A stretch of 64,000 bases of DNA from Macrostomum lignano (taxonomy: Eukaryota), in contig NIVC01000258.1 in the NCBI GenBank assembly GCA_002269645.1, positions 1,209-65,208 on the forward strand, given 5' to 3'. Position numbers and translations under genes: made by a program. Positions 48,001 through 60,000 of this stretch are shown one piece after another; position 1 is the stretch's first letter, and each line of letters starts with the position of its first letter. The notes under the pieces are model-generated. The model did no database searches, was not told where the DNA came from, and saw only the letters and a list, made by a program, of their open reading frames with translations.

Positions 48001-51000
48001 GCTGTGTCTCCTGTCTCTCTAGCTGTGTCTTCTGTCTCTCTAGCTGTGTCTCCTGTCTCTCCAGCTGTGTTTCTGTCTCTCTCAGCTGTGTCTCCTGTCT
48101 CTAGCTGTGTCTTCTGTCTCTCTAGCTGTGTCTCCTGTCTCTTTAGCTGTGTCTTCATGTCTCTCTCACTGTGTCTCCTGTCTCTAGCTGTGTCTTCTGT
48201 CTCTCTACTGTGTCTCCTGTCTCTCCAGCTGTGTTTCATGTCTCTCTCACTGTGTCTCCTGTCTCTAGCTGTGTCTTCTGTCTCTCTAGCTGTGTCTCCT
48301 GTCTCTTCAGCTGTGTCTTCTGTCTCTCTAGCTGTGTCTCCTGTCTCTCCAGCTGTGTTTCATGTCTCTCTCACTGTGTCTCCTGTCTCTTTAGCTGTGT
48401 CTTCTGTCTCTCTAGCTGTGTCTCCTGTCTCTCCAGCTGTGTTTCATGTCTCTCTCACTGTGTCTCCTGTCTCTTTAGCTGTGTCTTCTGTCTCTCTAGC
48501 TGTGTCTCCTGTCTCTCAGCTGTGTTTCATGTCTCTCTCACTGTGTCTCCTGTCTCTTTAGCTGTGTCTTCTGTCTCTCTAGCTGTGTCTCCTGTCTCTC
48601 CAGCTGTGTGTCTCTCTCATGTCTCTCTCACTGTGTCTCCTGTCTCTTTAGCTGTGTCTTCTGTCTCTCTAGCTGTGTCTCCTGTCTCTCCAGCTGTGTT
48701 TCATGTCTCTCTCACTGTGTCTCCTGTCTCTTTAGCTGTGTCTTCTGTCTCTCTAGCTGTGTCTCCTGTCTCTCCAGCTGTGTTTCATGTCTCTCTCACT
48801 GTGTCTCCTGTCTCTAGCTGTGTCTTCTGTCTCTCTAGCTGTGTCTCCTGTCTCTCCAGCTGTGTCTTCTGTCTCTCTCACTGTGTCTCCTGTCTCTTTA
48901 GCTGTGTCTTCTGTCTCTCTACTGTGTCTCCTGTCTCTAGCTGTGTCTTCTGTCTCTCTAGCTGTGTCTCCTGTCTCTAGCTGTGTTTCATGTCTCTCTA
49001 CTGTGTCTCCTGTCTCTTTAGCTGTGTCTTCTGTCTCTCTAGCTGTGTCTCCTGTCTCTAGCTGTGTTTCATGTCTCTCTCACTGTGTCTCCTGTCTCTT
49101 TAGCTGTGTCTTCTGTCTCTCTAGCTGTGTCTCCTGTCTCTCCAGCTGTGTTTCTGTCTCTCTCACTGTGTCTCCTGTCTCTTTAGCTGTGTCTTCTGTC
49201 TCTCTAGCTGTGTCTCCTGTCTCTCAGCTGTGTTTCTGTCTCTCTCACTGTGTCTCCTGTCTCTAGCTGTGTTCTGTCTCTCTAGCTGTGTCTCCTGTCT
49301 CTCCAGCTGTGTTTCATGTCTCTCTCACTGTGTCTCCTGTCTCTTTAGCTGTGTCTTCTGTCTCTCTAGCTGTGTCTCCTGTCTCTAGCTGTGTCTTCTG
49401 TCTCTCTACTGTGTCTCCTGTCTCTAGCTGTGTCTTCTGTCTCTCTAGCTGTGTCTCCTGTCTCTAGCTGTGTTTCATGTCTCTCTCACTGTGTCTCCTG
49501 TCTCTTTAGCTGTGTCTTCTGTCTCTCTAGCTGTGTCTCCTGTCTCTCCAGCTGTGTTTCATGTCTCTCTCACTGTGTCTCCTGTCTCTTTAGCTGTGTC
49601 TTCTGTCTCTCTAGCTGTGTCTCCTGTCTCTCCAGCTGTGTTTCATGTCTCTCTCACTGTGTCTCCTGTCTCTTTAGCTGTGTCTTCTGTCTCTCTAGCT
49701 GTGTCTCCTGTCTCTCCAGCTGTGTTTCATGTCTCTCTCACTGTGTCTCCTGTCTCTTTAGCTGTGTCTTCTGTCTCTCTAGCTGTGTCTCCTGTCTCTT
49801 TAGCTGTGTCTTCTGTCTCTCTCACTGTGTCTCCTGTCTCTTTAGCTGTGTCTTCTGTCTCTCTAGCTGTGTCTCCTGTCTCTCCAGCTGTGTCTCCTGT
49901 CTCTCTCAGCTGTGTCTCCTGTCTCTCTAGCTGTGTCTCCTGTCTCTCCAGCTGTGTTTCATGTCTCTCTCACTGTGTCTCCTGTCTCTTTAGCTGTGTC
50001 TTCTGTCTCTCTAGCTGTGTCTCCTGTCTCTCCAGCTGTGTTTCATGTCTCTCTCACTGTGTCTCCTGTCTCTTTAGCTGTGTCTTCTGTCTCTCTAGCT
50101 GTGTCTCCTGTCTCTCCAGCTGTGTTTCATGTCTCTCTCACTGTGTCTCCTGTCTCTTTAGCTGTGTCTTCTGTCTCTCTACTGTGTCTCCTGTCTCTCC
50201 AGCTGTGTTTCTGTCTCTCTCAGCTGTGTCTCCTGTCTCTAGCTGTGTTTCTGTCTCTCTACTGTGTCTCCTGTCTCTCCAGCTGTGTTTCATGTCTCTC
50301 TCACTGTGTCTCCTGTCTCTAGCTGTGTCTTCTGTCTCTCTAGCTGTGTCTCCTGTCTCTCCAGCTGTGTTTCATGTCTCTCTCACTGTGTCTCCTGTCT
50401 TTAGCTGTGTCTTCTGTCTCTCTAGCTGTGTCTCCTGTCTCTAGCTGTGTCTTCTGTCTCTCTCACTGTGTCTCCTGTCTCTCCAGCTGTGTCTTCTGTC
50501 TCTTAGCTGTGTCTCTGTCTCTAGCTGTGTCTCCTGTCTCTCAGCTGTGTCTTCTGTCTCTCTAGCTGTGTCTCCTGTCTCTAGCTGTGTCTTCTGTCTC
50601 TCTAGCTGTGTCTCCTGTCTCTAGCTGTGTTTCATGTCTCTCTACTGTGTCTCCTGTCTCTAGCTGTGTCTTCTGTCTCTCTAGCTGTGTCTCCTGTCTC
50701 TAGCTGTGTTTCTGTCTCTCTAGCTGTGTCTCCTGTCTCTCCAGCTGTGTTTCTGTCTCTCTCACTGTGTCTCCTGTCTCTAGCTGTGTTTCTGTCTCTC
50801 TAGCTGTGTCTCCTGTCTCTTAGCTGTGTCTTCTGTCTCTCTAGCTGTGTCTCCTGTCTCTCCAGCTGTGTTTCATGTCTCTCTCACTGTGTCTCCTGTC
50901 TCTTTAGCTGTGTCTTCTGTCTCTCTAGCTGTGTCTCCTGTCTCTCCAGCTGTGTTTCATGTCTCTCTCACTGTGTCTCCTGTCTCTTTAGCTGTGTCTT

Positions 51001-54000
51001 CTGTCTCTCTAGCTGTGTCTCCTGTCTCTCCAGCTGTGTTTCATGTCTCTCTCACTGTGTCTCCTGTCTCTTTAGCTGTGTCTTCTGTCTCTCTAGCTGT
51101 GTCTCCTGTCTCTCAGCTGTGTTTCATGTCTCTCTCACTGTGTCTCCTGTCTCTTTAGCTGTGTCTTCTGTCTCTCTAGCTGTGTCTCCTGTCTCTCCAG
51201 CTGTGTTTCATGTCTCTCTCACTGTGTCTCCTGTCTCTTTAGCTGTGTCTTCTGTCTCTCTAGCTGTGTCTCCTGTCTCTCCAGCTGTGTTTCATGTCTC
51301 TCTCACTGTGTCTCCTGTCTCTTTAGCTGTGTCTTCTGTCTCTCTAGCTGTGTCTCCTGTCTCTCCAGCTGTGTTTCATGTCTCTCTCACTGTGTCTCCT
51401 GTCTCTTTAGCTGTGTCTTCTGTCTCTCTAGCTGTGTCTCCTGTCTCTCCAGCTGTGTTTCATGTCTCTCTCACTGTGTCTCCTGTCTCTTTAGCTGTGT
51501 CTTCTGTCTCTCTAGCTGTGTCTCCTGTCTCTCCAGCTGTGTTTCATGTCTCTCTCACTGTGTCTCCTGTCTCTTTAGCTGTGTCTTCTGTCTCTCTAGC
51601 TGTGTCTCCTGTCTCTCCAGCTGTGTTTCATGTCTCTCTCACTGTGTCTCCTGTCTCTTTAGCTGTGTCTTCTGTCTCTCTAGCTGTGTCTCCTGTCTCT
51701 CCAGCTGTGTTTCATGTCTCTCTCACTGTGTCTCCTGTCTCTTTAGCTGTGTCTTCTGTCTCTCTAGCTGTGTCTCCTGTCTCTCCAGCTGTGTTTCATG
51801 TCTCTCTCACTGTGTCTCCTGTCTCTTTAGCTGTGTCTTCTGTCTCTCTAGCTGTGTCTCCTGTCTCTCCAGCTGTGTTTCATGTCTCTCTCACTGTGTC
51901 TCCTGTCTCTTTAGCTGTGTCTTCTGTCTCTCTAGCTGTGTCTCCTGTCTCTCCAGCTGTGTTTCATGTCTCTCTCACTGTGTCTCCTGTCTCTTTAGCT
52001 GTGTCTTCTGTCTCTCTAGCTGTGTCTCCTGTCTCTCCAGCTGTGTTTCATGTCTCTCTCACTGTGTCTCCTGTCTCTTTAGCTGTGTCTTCTGTCTCTC
52101 TAGCTGTGTCTCCTGTCTCTCCAGCTGTGTTTCATGTCTCTCTCACTGTGTCTCCTGTCTCTTTAGCTGTGTCTTCTGTCTCTCTAGCTGTGTCTCCTGT
52201 CTCTCCAGCTGTGTTTCATGTCTCTCTCACTGTGTCTCCTGTCTCTTTAGCTGTGTCTTCTGTCTCTCTAGCTGTGTCTCCTGTCTCTCCAGCTGTGTTT
52301 CATGTCTCTCTCACTGTGTCTCCTGTCTCTTTAGCTGTGTCTTCTGTCTCTCTAGCTGTGTCTCCTGTCTCTCCAGCTGTGTTTCATGTCTCTCTCACTG
52401 TGTCTCCTGTCTCTTTAGCTGTGTCTTCTGTCTCTCTAGCTGTGTCTCCTGTCTCTCAGCTGTGTCTGTCTCTCAGCTGTGTTTCATGTCTCTCTCACTG
52501 TGTCTCCTGTCTCTTTAGCTGTGTCTTCTGTCTCTCTAGCTGTGTCTCCTGTCTCTCCAGCTGTGTTTCATGTCTCTCTCACTGTGTCTCCTGTCTCTTT
52601 AGCTGTGTCTTCTGTCTCTCTAGCTGTGTCTCCTGTCTCTCCAGCTGTGTTTCATGTCTCTCTCACTGTGTCTCCTGTCTCTTTAGCTGTGTCTTCTGTC
52701 TCTCTAGCTGTGTCTCCTGTCTCTCCAGCTGTGTTTCATGTCTCTCTCACTGTGTCTCCTGTCTCTTTAGCTGTGTCTTCTGTCTCTCTAGCTGTGTCTC
52801 CTGTCTCTAGCTGTGTCTTCTGTCTCTCTAGCTGTGTCTCCTGTCTCTAGCTGTGTTTCTGTCTCTCTAGCTGTGTCTCTGTCTCTAGCTGTGTCTTCTG
52901 TCTCTCTAGCTGTGTCTCCTGTCTCTAGCTGTGTTTCTGTCTCTCTCACTGTGTCTCCTGTCTCTTTAGCTGTGTCTTCTGTCTCTCTAGCTGTGTCTCC
53001 TGTCTCTAGCTGTGTTTCTGTCTCTCTACTGTGTCTCCTGTCTCTTTAGCTGTGTCTTCTGTCTCTCTAGCTGTGTCTCCTGTCTCTCCAGCTGTGTTTC
53101 ATGTCTCTCTCACTGTGTCTCCTGTCTCTTTAGCTGTGTCTTCTGTCTCTCTAGCTGTGTCTCCTGTCTCTCCAGCTGTGTTTCATGTCTCTCTCACTGT
53201 GTCTCCTGTCTCTTTAGCTGTGTCTTCTGTCTCTCTAGCTGTGTCTCCAGCTGTGTTTCATGTCTCTCTCACTGTGTCTCCTGTCTCTTTAGCTATGTCT
53301 CCTGTCTCTTTAGCTGTGTCTTCTGTCTCTCTAGCTGTGTCTCCTGTCTCTCCAGCTGTGTTTCATGTCTCTCTCACTGTGTCTCCTGTCTCTTTAGCTG
53401 TGTCTTCTGTCTCTCTAGCTGTGTCTCCTGTCTCTAGCTGTGTCTTCTGTCTCTCTAGCTGTGTCTCCTGTCTCTAGCTGTGTTTCTGTCTCTCTAGCTG
53501 TGTCTCCTGTCTCTAGCTGTGTCTTCTGTCTCTCTACTGTGTCTCCTGTCTCTAGCTGTGTCTTCTGTCTCTCTAGCTGTGTCTCCTGTCTCTCAGCTGT
53601 GTTTCATGTCTCTCTCACTGTGTCTCCTGTCTCTAGCTGTGTCTTCTGTCTCTCTAGCTGTGTCTCCTGTCTCTCCAGCTGTGTTTCATGTCTCTCTCAC
53701 TGTGTCTCCTGTCTCTTTAGCTGTGTCTTCTGTCTCTCTAGCTGTGTCTCCTGTCTCTCCAGCTGTGTTTCATGTCTCTCTCACTGTGTCTCCTGTCTCT
53801 TTAGCTGTGTCTTCTGTCTCTCTAGCTGTGTCTCCTGTCTCTCAGCTGTGTTTCATGTCTCTCTCACTGTGTCTCCTGTCTCTTTAGCTGTGTCTTCTGT
53901 CTCTCTAGCTGTGTCTCCTGTCTCTAGCTGTGTTTCATGTCTCTCTCACTGTGTCTCCTGTCTCTAGCTGTGTCTTCTGTCTCTCTAGCTGTGTCTCCTG

Positions 54001-57000
54001 TCTCTCCAGCTGTGTTTCATGTCTCTCTCACTGTGTCTCCTGTCTCTTTAGCTGTGTCTTCTGTCTCTCTAGCTGTGTCTCCTGTCTCTCCAGCTGTGTT
54101 TCATGTCTCTCTCACTGTGTCTCCTGTCTCTTTAGCTGTGTCTTCTGTCTCTCTAGCTGTGTCTCCTGTCTCTCCAGCTGTGTTTCATGTCTCTCTCACT
54201 GTGTCTCCTGTCTCTTTAGCTGTGTCTTCTGTCTCTCTAGCTGTGTCTCCTGTCTCTCCAGCTGTGTTTCATGTCTCTCTCACTGTGTCTCCTGTCTCTT
54301 TAGCTGTGTCTTCTGTCTCTCTAGCTGTGTCTCCTGTCTCTCCAGCTGTGTTTCTGTCTCTCACTGTGTCTGTCTCTCAGCTGTGTCTCCTGTCTCTTAG
54401 CTGTGTCTTCTGTCTCTCTAGCTGTGTCTCCTGTCTCTCCAGCTGTGTTTCATGTCTCTCTCACTGTGTCTCCTGTCTCTTTAGCTGTGTCTTCTGTCTC
54501 TCTAGCTGTGTCTCCTGTCTCTCCAGCTGTGTTTCATGTCTCTCTCACTGTGTCTCCTGTCTCTTTAGCTGTGTCTTCTGTCTCTCTAGCTGTGTCTCCT
54601 GTCTCTCCAGCTGTGTTTCATGTCTCTCTCACTGTGTCTCCTGTCTCTTTAGCTGTGTCTTCTGTCTCTCTAGCTGTGTCTCCTGTCTCTCCAGCTGTGT
54701 TTCATGTCTCTCTCACTGTGTCTCCTGTCTCTTTAGCTGTGTCTTCTGTCTCTCTAGCTGTGTCTCCTGTCTCTCCAGCTGTGTTTCATGTCTCTCTCAC
54801 TGTGTCTCCTGTCTCTTTAGCTGTGTCTTCTGTCTCTCTAGCTGTGTCTCCTGTCTCTCCAGCTGTGTTTCATGTCTCTCTCACTGTGTCTCCTGTCTCT
54901 TTAGCTGTGTCTTCTGTCTCTCTAGCTGTGTCTCCTGTCTCTCCAGCTGTGTTTCATGTCTCTCTCACTGTGTCTCCTGTCTCTTTAGCTGTGTCTTCTG
55001 TCTCTCTAGCTGTGTCTCCTGTCTCTCCAGCTGTGTTTCATGTCTCTCTCACTGTGTCTCCTGTCTCTTTAGCTGTGTCTCTTTAGCTGTGTCTTCTGTC
55101 TCTCTAGCTGTGTCTCCTGTCTCTCCAGCTGTGTTTCATGTCTCTCTCACTGTGTCTCCTGTCTCTTTAGCTGTGTCTTCTGTCTCTCTAGCTGTGTCTC
55201 CTGTCTCTCCAGCTGTGTTTCATGTCTCTCTCACTGTGTCTCCTGTCTCTTTAGCTGTGTCTTCTGTCTCTCTAGCTGTGTCTCCTGTCTCTCCAGCTGT
55301 GTTTCTGTCTCTCTCACTGTGTCTCCTGTCTCTTTAGCTGTGTCTTCTGTCTCTCTAGCTGTGTCTCCTGTCTCTCCAGCTGTGTTTCTGTCTCTCTCAC
55401 TGTGTCTCCTGTCTCTAGCTGTGTCTTCTGTCTCTCTAGCTGTGTCTCCTGTCTCTCCAGCTGTGTTTCATGTCTCTCTCACTGTGTCTCCTGTCTCTTT
55501 AGCTGTGTCTTCTGTCTCTCTAGCTGTGTCTCCTGTCTCTAGCTGTGTCTTCTGTCTCTCTAGCTGTGTCTCCTGTCTCTAGCTGTGTCTTCTGTCTCTC
55601 TAGCTGTGTCTCCTGTCTCTCTAGCTGTGTCTTCTGTCTCTCAGCTGTGTTCTGTCTCTCTAGCTGTGTCTCTGTCTCTCTAGCTGTGTCTCCTGTCTCT
55701 CAGCTGTGTTTCTGTCTCTCTCACTGTGTCTCCTGTCTCTTTAGCTGTGTCTTCTGTCTCTCTAGCTGTGTCTCCTGTCTCTCAGCTGTGTTTCTGTCTC
55801 TCTCACTGTGTCTCCTGTCTCTTTAGCTGTGTCTTCTGTCTCTCTAGCTGTGTCTCCTGTCTCTCCAGCTGTGTTTCATGTCTCTCTCACTGTGTCTCCT
55901 GTCTCTTTAGCTGTGTCTTCTGTCTCTCTAGCTGTGTCTCCTGTCTCTCCAGCTGTGTTTCATGTCTCTCTCACTGTGTCTCCTGTCTCTTTAGCTGTGT
56001 CTTCTGTCTCTCTAGCTGTGTCTCCTGTCTCTCCAGCTGTGTTTCATGTCTCTCTCACTGTGTCTCCTGTCTCTTTAGCTGTGTCTTCTGTCTCTCTAGC
56101 TGTGTCTCCTGTCTCTCCAGCTGTGTTTCATGTCTCTCTCACTGTGTCTCCTGTCTCTTTAGCTGTGTCTTCTGTCTCTCTAGCTGTGTCTCCTGTCTCT
56201 CAGCTGTGTCTTCTGTCTCTCTAGCTGTGTCTCTGTCTCTCACTGTGTCTCCTGTCTCTTAGCTGTGTCTTCTGTCTCTCTAGCTGTGTCTCCTGTCTCT
56301 CCAGCTGTGTTTCATGTCTCTCTCACTGTGTCTCCTGTCTCTTTAGCTGTGTCTTCTGTCTCTCTAGCTGTGTCTCCTGTCTCTCCAGCTGTGTTTCATG
56401 TCTCTCTCACTGTGTCTCCTGTCTCTTTAGCTGTGTCTTCTGTCTCTCTAGCTGTGTCTCCTGTCTCTCCAGCTGTGTTTCATGTCTCTCTCACTGTGTC
56501 TCCTGTCTCTTTAGCTGTGTCTTCTGTCTCTCTAGCTGTGTCTCCTGTCTCTCCAGCTGTGTTTCATGTCTCTCTCACTGTGTCTCCTGTCTCTTTAGCT
56601 GTGTCTTCTGTCTCTCTAGCTGTGTCTCCTGTCTCTCCAGCTGTGTTTCATGTCTCTCTCACTGTGTCTCCTGTCTCTTTAGCTGTGTCTTCTGTCTCTC
56701 TAGCTGTGTCTCCTGTCTCTCCAGCTGTGTTTCATGTCTCTCTCACTGTGTCTCCTGTCTCTTTAGCTGTGTCTTCTGTCTCTCTAGCTGTGTCTCCTGT
56801 CTCTCCAGCTGTGTTTCATGTCTCTCTCACTGTGTCTCCTGTCTCTTTAGCTGTGTCTTCTGTCTCTCTAGCTGTGTCTCCTGTCTCTCCAGCTGTGTTT
56901 CATGTCTCTCTCACTGTGTTCCTGTCTCTTTAGCTGTGTCTCTGTCTCTTTAGCTGTGTCTCCTGTCTCTCTAGCTGTGTCTCCTGTCTCTCCAGCTGTG

Positions 57001-60000
57001 TTTCATGTCTCTCTCACTGTCTCCTGTCTCTTTAGCTGTGTCTTCTGTCTCTCTAGCTGTGTCTCCTGTCTCTCCAGCTGTGTTTCATGTCTCTCTCACT
57101 GTGTCTCCTGTCTCTTTAGCTGTGTCTTCTGTCTCTCTAGCTGTGTCTCCTGTCTCTCCAGCTGTGTTTCATGTCTCTCTCACTGTGTCTCCTGTCTCTT
57201 TAGCTGTGTCTTCTGTCTCTCTAGCTGTGTCTCCTGTCTCTCCAGCTGCGTTTCATGTCTCTCTCACTGTGTCTCCTGTCTCTTTAGCTGTGTCTTCTGT
57301 CTCTCTAGCTGTGTCTCCTGTCTCTTAGCTGTGTCTTCTGTCTCTCTAGCTGTGTCTCCTGTCTCTCCAGCTGTGTTTCATGTCTCTCTCACTGTGTCTC
57401 CTGTCTCTTTAGCTGTGTCTTCTGTCTCTCTAGCTGTGTCTCCTGTCTCTTTAGCTGTGTCTTCTGTCTCTCTCACTGTGTCTCCTGTCTCTTTAGCTGT
57501 GTCTTCTGTCTCTCTAGCTGTGTCTCCTGTCTCTAGCTGTGTTTCTGTCTCTCTACTGTGTCTCCTGTCTCTAGCTGTGTCTTCTGTCTCTCTACTGTGT
57601 CTCCTGTCTCTCCAGCTGTGTTTCATGTCTCTCTCACTGTGTCTCCTGTCTCTTTAGCTGTGTCTTCTGTCTCTCTAGCTGTGTCTCCTGTCTCTCCAGC
57701 TGTGTTTCATGTCTCTCTCACTGTGTCTCCTGTCTCTTTAGCTGTGTCTTCTGTCTCTCTAGCTGTGTCTCCTGTCTCTCCAGCTGTGTTTCATGTCTCT
57801 CTCACTGTGTCTCCTGTCTCTTTAGCTGTGTCTTCTGTCTCTCTAGCTGTGTCTCCTGTCTCTCTAGCTGTGTCTTCTGTCTCTCTAGCTGTGTCTCCTG
57901 TCTCTCCAGCTGTGTTTCATGTCTCTCTCACTGTGTCTCCTGTCTCTTTAGCTGTGTCTTCTGTCTCTCTAGCTGTGTCTCCTGTCTCTCTAGCTGTGTC
58001 TTCTGTCTCTCTAGCTGTGTCTCCTGTCTCTCCAGCTGTGTTTCATGTCTCTCTCACTGTGTCTCCTGTCTCTTTAGCTGTGTCTTCTGTCTCTCTAGCT
58101 GTGTCTCCTGTCTCTCCAGCTGTGTCTCCTGTCTCTCTAGCTGTGTCTCCTGTCTCTCCAGCTGTGTTTCATGTCTCTCTCACTGTGTCTCCTGTCTCTT
58201 TAGCTGTGTCTTCTGTCTCTCTAGCTGTGTCTCCTGTCTCTCCAGCTGTGTTTCATGTCTCTCTCACTGTGTCTCCTGTCTCTTTAGCTGTGTCTTCTGT
58301 CTCTCTAGCTGTGTCTCCTGTCTCTCCAGCTGTGTTTCATGTCTCTCTCACTGTGTCTCCTGTCTCTTTAGCTGTGTCTTCTGTCTCTCTAGCTGTGTCT
58401 CCTGTCTCTCAGCTGTGTCTTCTGTCTCTCAGCTGTGTTTCATGTCTCTCTCACTGTCTCCTGTCTCTTTAGCTGTGTCTTCTGTCTCTCTAGCTGTGTT
58501 TCATGTCTCTCTCACTGTGTCTCCTGTCTCTTTAGCTGTGTCTTCTGTCTCTCTAGCTGTGTCTCCTGTCTCTCAGCTGTGTCTTCTGTCTCTCTCACTG
58601 TGTCTCCTGTCTCTTAGCTGTGTCTTCTGTCTCTCTAGCTGTGTCTCCTGTCTCTCCAGCTGTGTTTCATGTCTCTCTCACTGTGTCTCCTGTCTCTTTA
58701 GCTGTGTCTTCTGTCTCTCTAGCTGTGTCTCCTGTCTCTCCAGCTGTGTTTCATGTCTCTCTCACTGTGTCTCCTGTCTCTTTAGCTGTGTCTTCTGTCT
58801 CTCTAGCTGTGTCTCCTGTCTCTCCAGCTGTGTTTCATGTCTCTCTCACTGTGTCTCCTGTCTCTTTAGCTGTGTCTTCTGTCTCTCTAGCTGTGTCTCC
58901 TGTCTCTCCAGCTGTGTTTCATGTCTCTCTCACTGTGTCTCCTGTCTCTTTAGCTGTGTCTTCTGTCTCTCTAGCTGTGTCTCCTGTCTCTCTAGCTGTG
59001 TCTTCTGTCTCTCTAGCTGTGTCTTCTGTCTCTCCAGCTGTGTCTCCTGTCTCTCTAGCTGTGTCTTCTGTCTCTCTAGCTGTGTCTCCTGTCTCTCCAG
59101 CTGTGTTTCATGTCTCTCTCACTGTGTCTCCTGTCTCTTTAGCTGTGTCTTCTGTCTCTCCAGCTGTGTCTCCTGTCTCCAGCTGTGTTTCATGTCTCTC
59201 TCACTGTGTCTCCTGTCTCTTTAGCTGTGTCTTCTGTCTCTCTAGCTGTGTCTCCTGTCTCTCCAGCTGTGTTTCATGTCTCTCTCACTGTGTCTCCTGT
59301 CTCTTTAGCTGTGTCTTCTGTCTCTCTAGCTGTGTCTCCTGTCTCTCCAGCTGTGTTTCATGTCTCTCTCACTGTGTCTCCTGTCTCTTTAGCTGTGTCT
59401 TCTGTCTCTCTAGCTGTGTCTCCTGTCTCTCCAGCTGTGTTTCATGTCTCTCTCACTGTGTCTCCTGTCTCTTTAGCTGTGTCTTCTGTCTCTCTAGCTG
59501 TGTCTCCTGTCTCTCCAGCTGTGTTTCATGTCTCTCTCACTGTGTCTCCTGTCTCTTTAGCTGTGTCTTCTGTCTCTCTAGCTGTGTCTCCTGTCTCTCC
59601 AGCTGTGTTTCATGTCTCTCTCACTGTGTCTCCTGTCTCTTTAGCTGTGTCTTCTGTCTCTCTAGCTGTGTCTCCTGTCTCTCCAGCTGTGTTTCATGTC
59701 TCTCTCACTGTGTCTCCTGTCTCTTTAGCTATGTCTCCTGTCTCTTTAGCTGTGTCTTCTGTCTCTCTAGCTGTGTCTCCTGTCTCTCCAGCTGTGTTTC
59801 ATGTCTCTCTCACTGTCTCCTGTCTCTTTAGCTGTGTCTTCTGTCTCTCTAGCTGTGTCTCCTGTCTCTCCAGCTGTGTTTCATGTCTCTCTCACTGTGT
59901 CTCCTGTCTCTTTAGCTGTGTCTTCTGTCTCTCTAGCTGTGTCTCCTGTCTCTCCAGCTGTGTTTCATGTCTCTCTCACTGTGTCTCCTGTCTCTTTAGC

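Noticed and set aside
4191-57626. Minus-strand ORFs 4191..4391, 25290..25499, 47925..48239 and 57378..57626 (RETEDTA/LERQETQ repeats)
   Set aside because: These are short windows where M1 is locally missing or altered. They are embedded in the satellite with no promoter or splice context.
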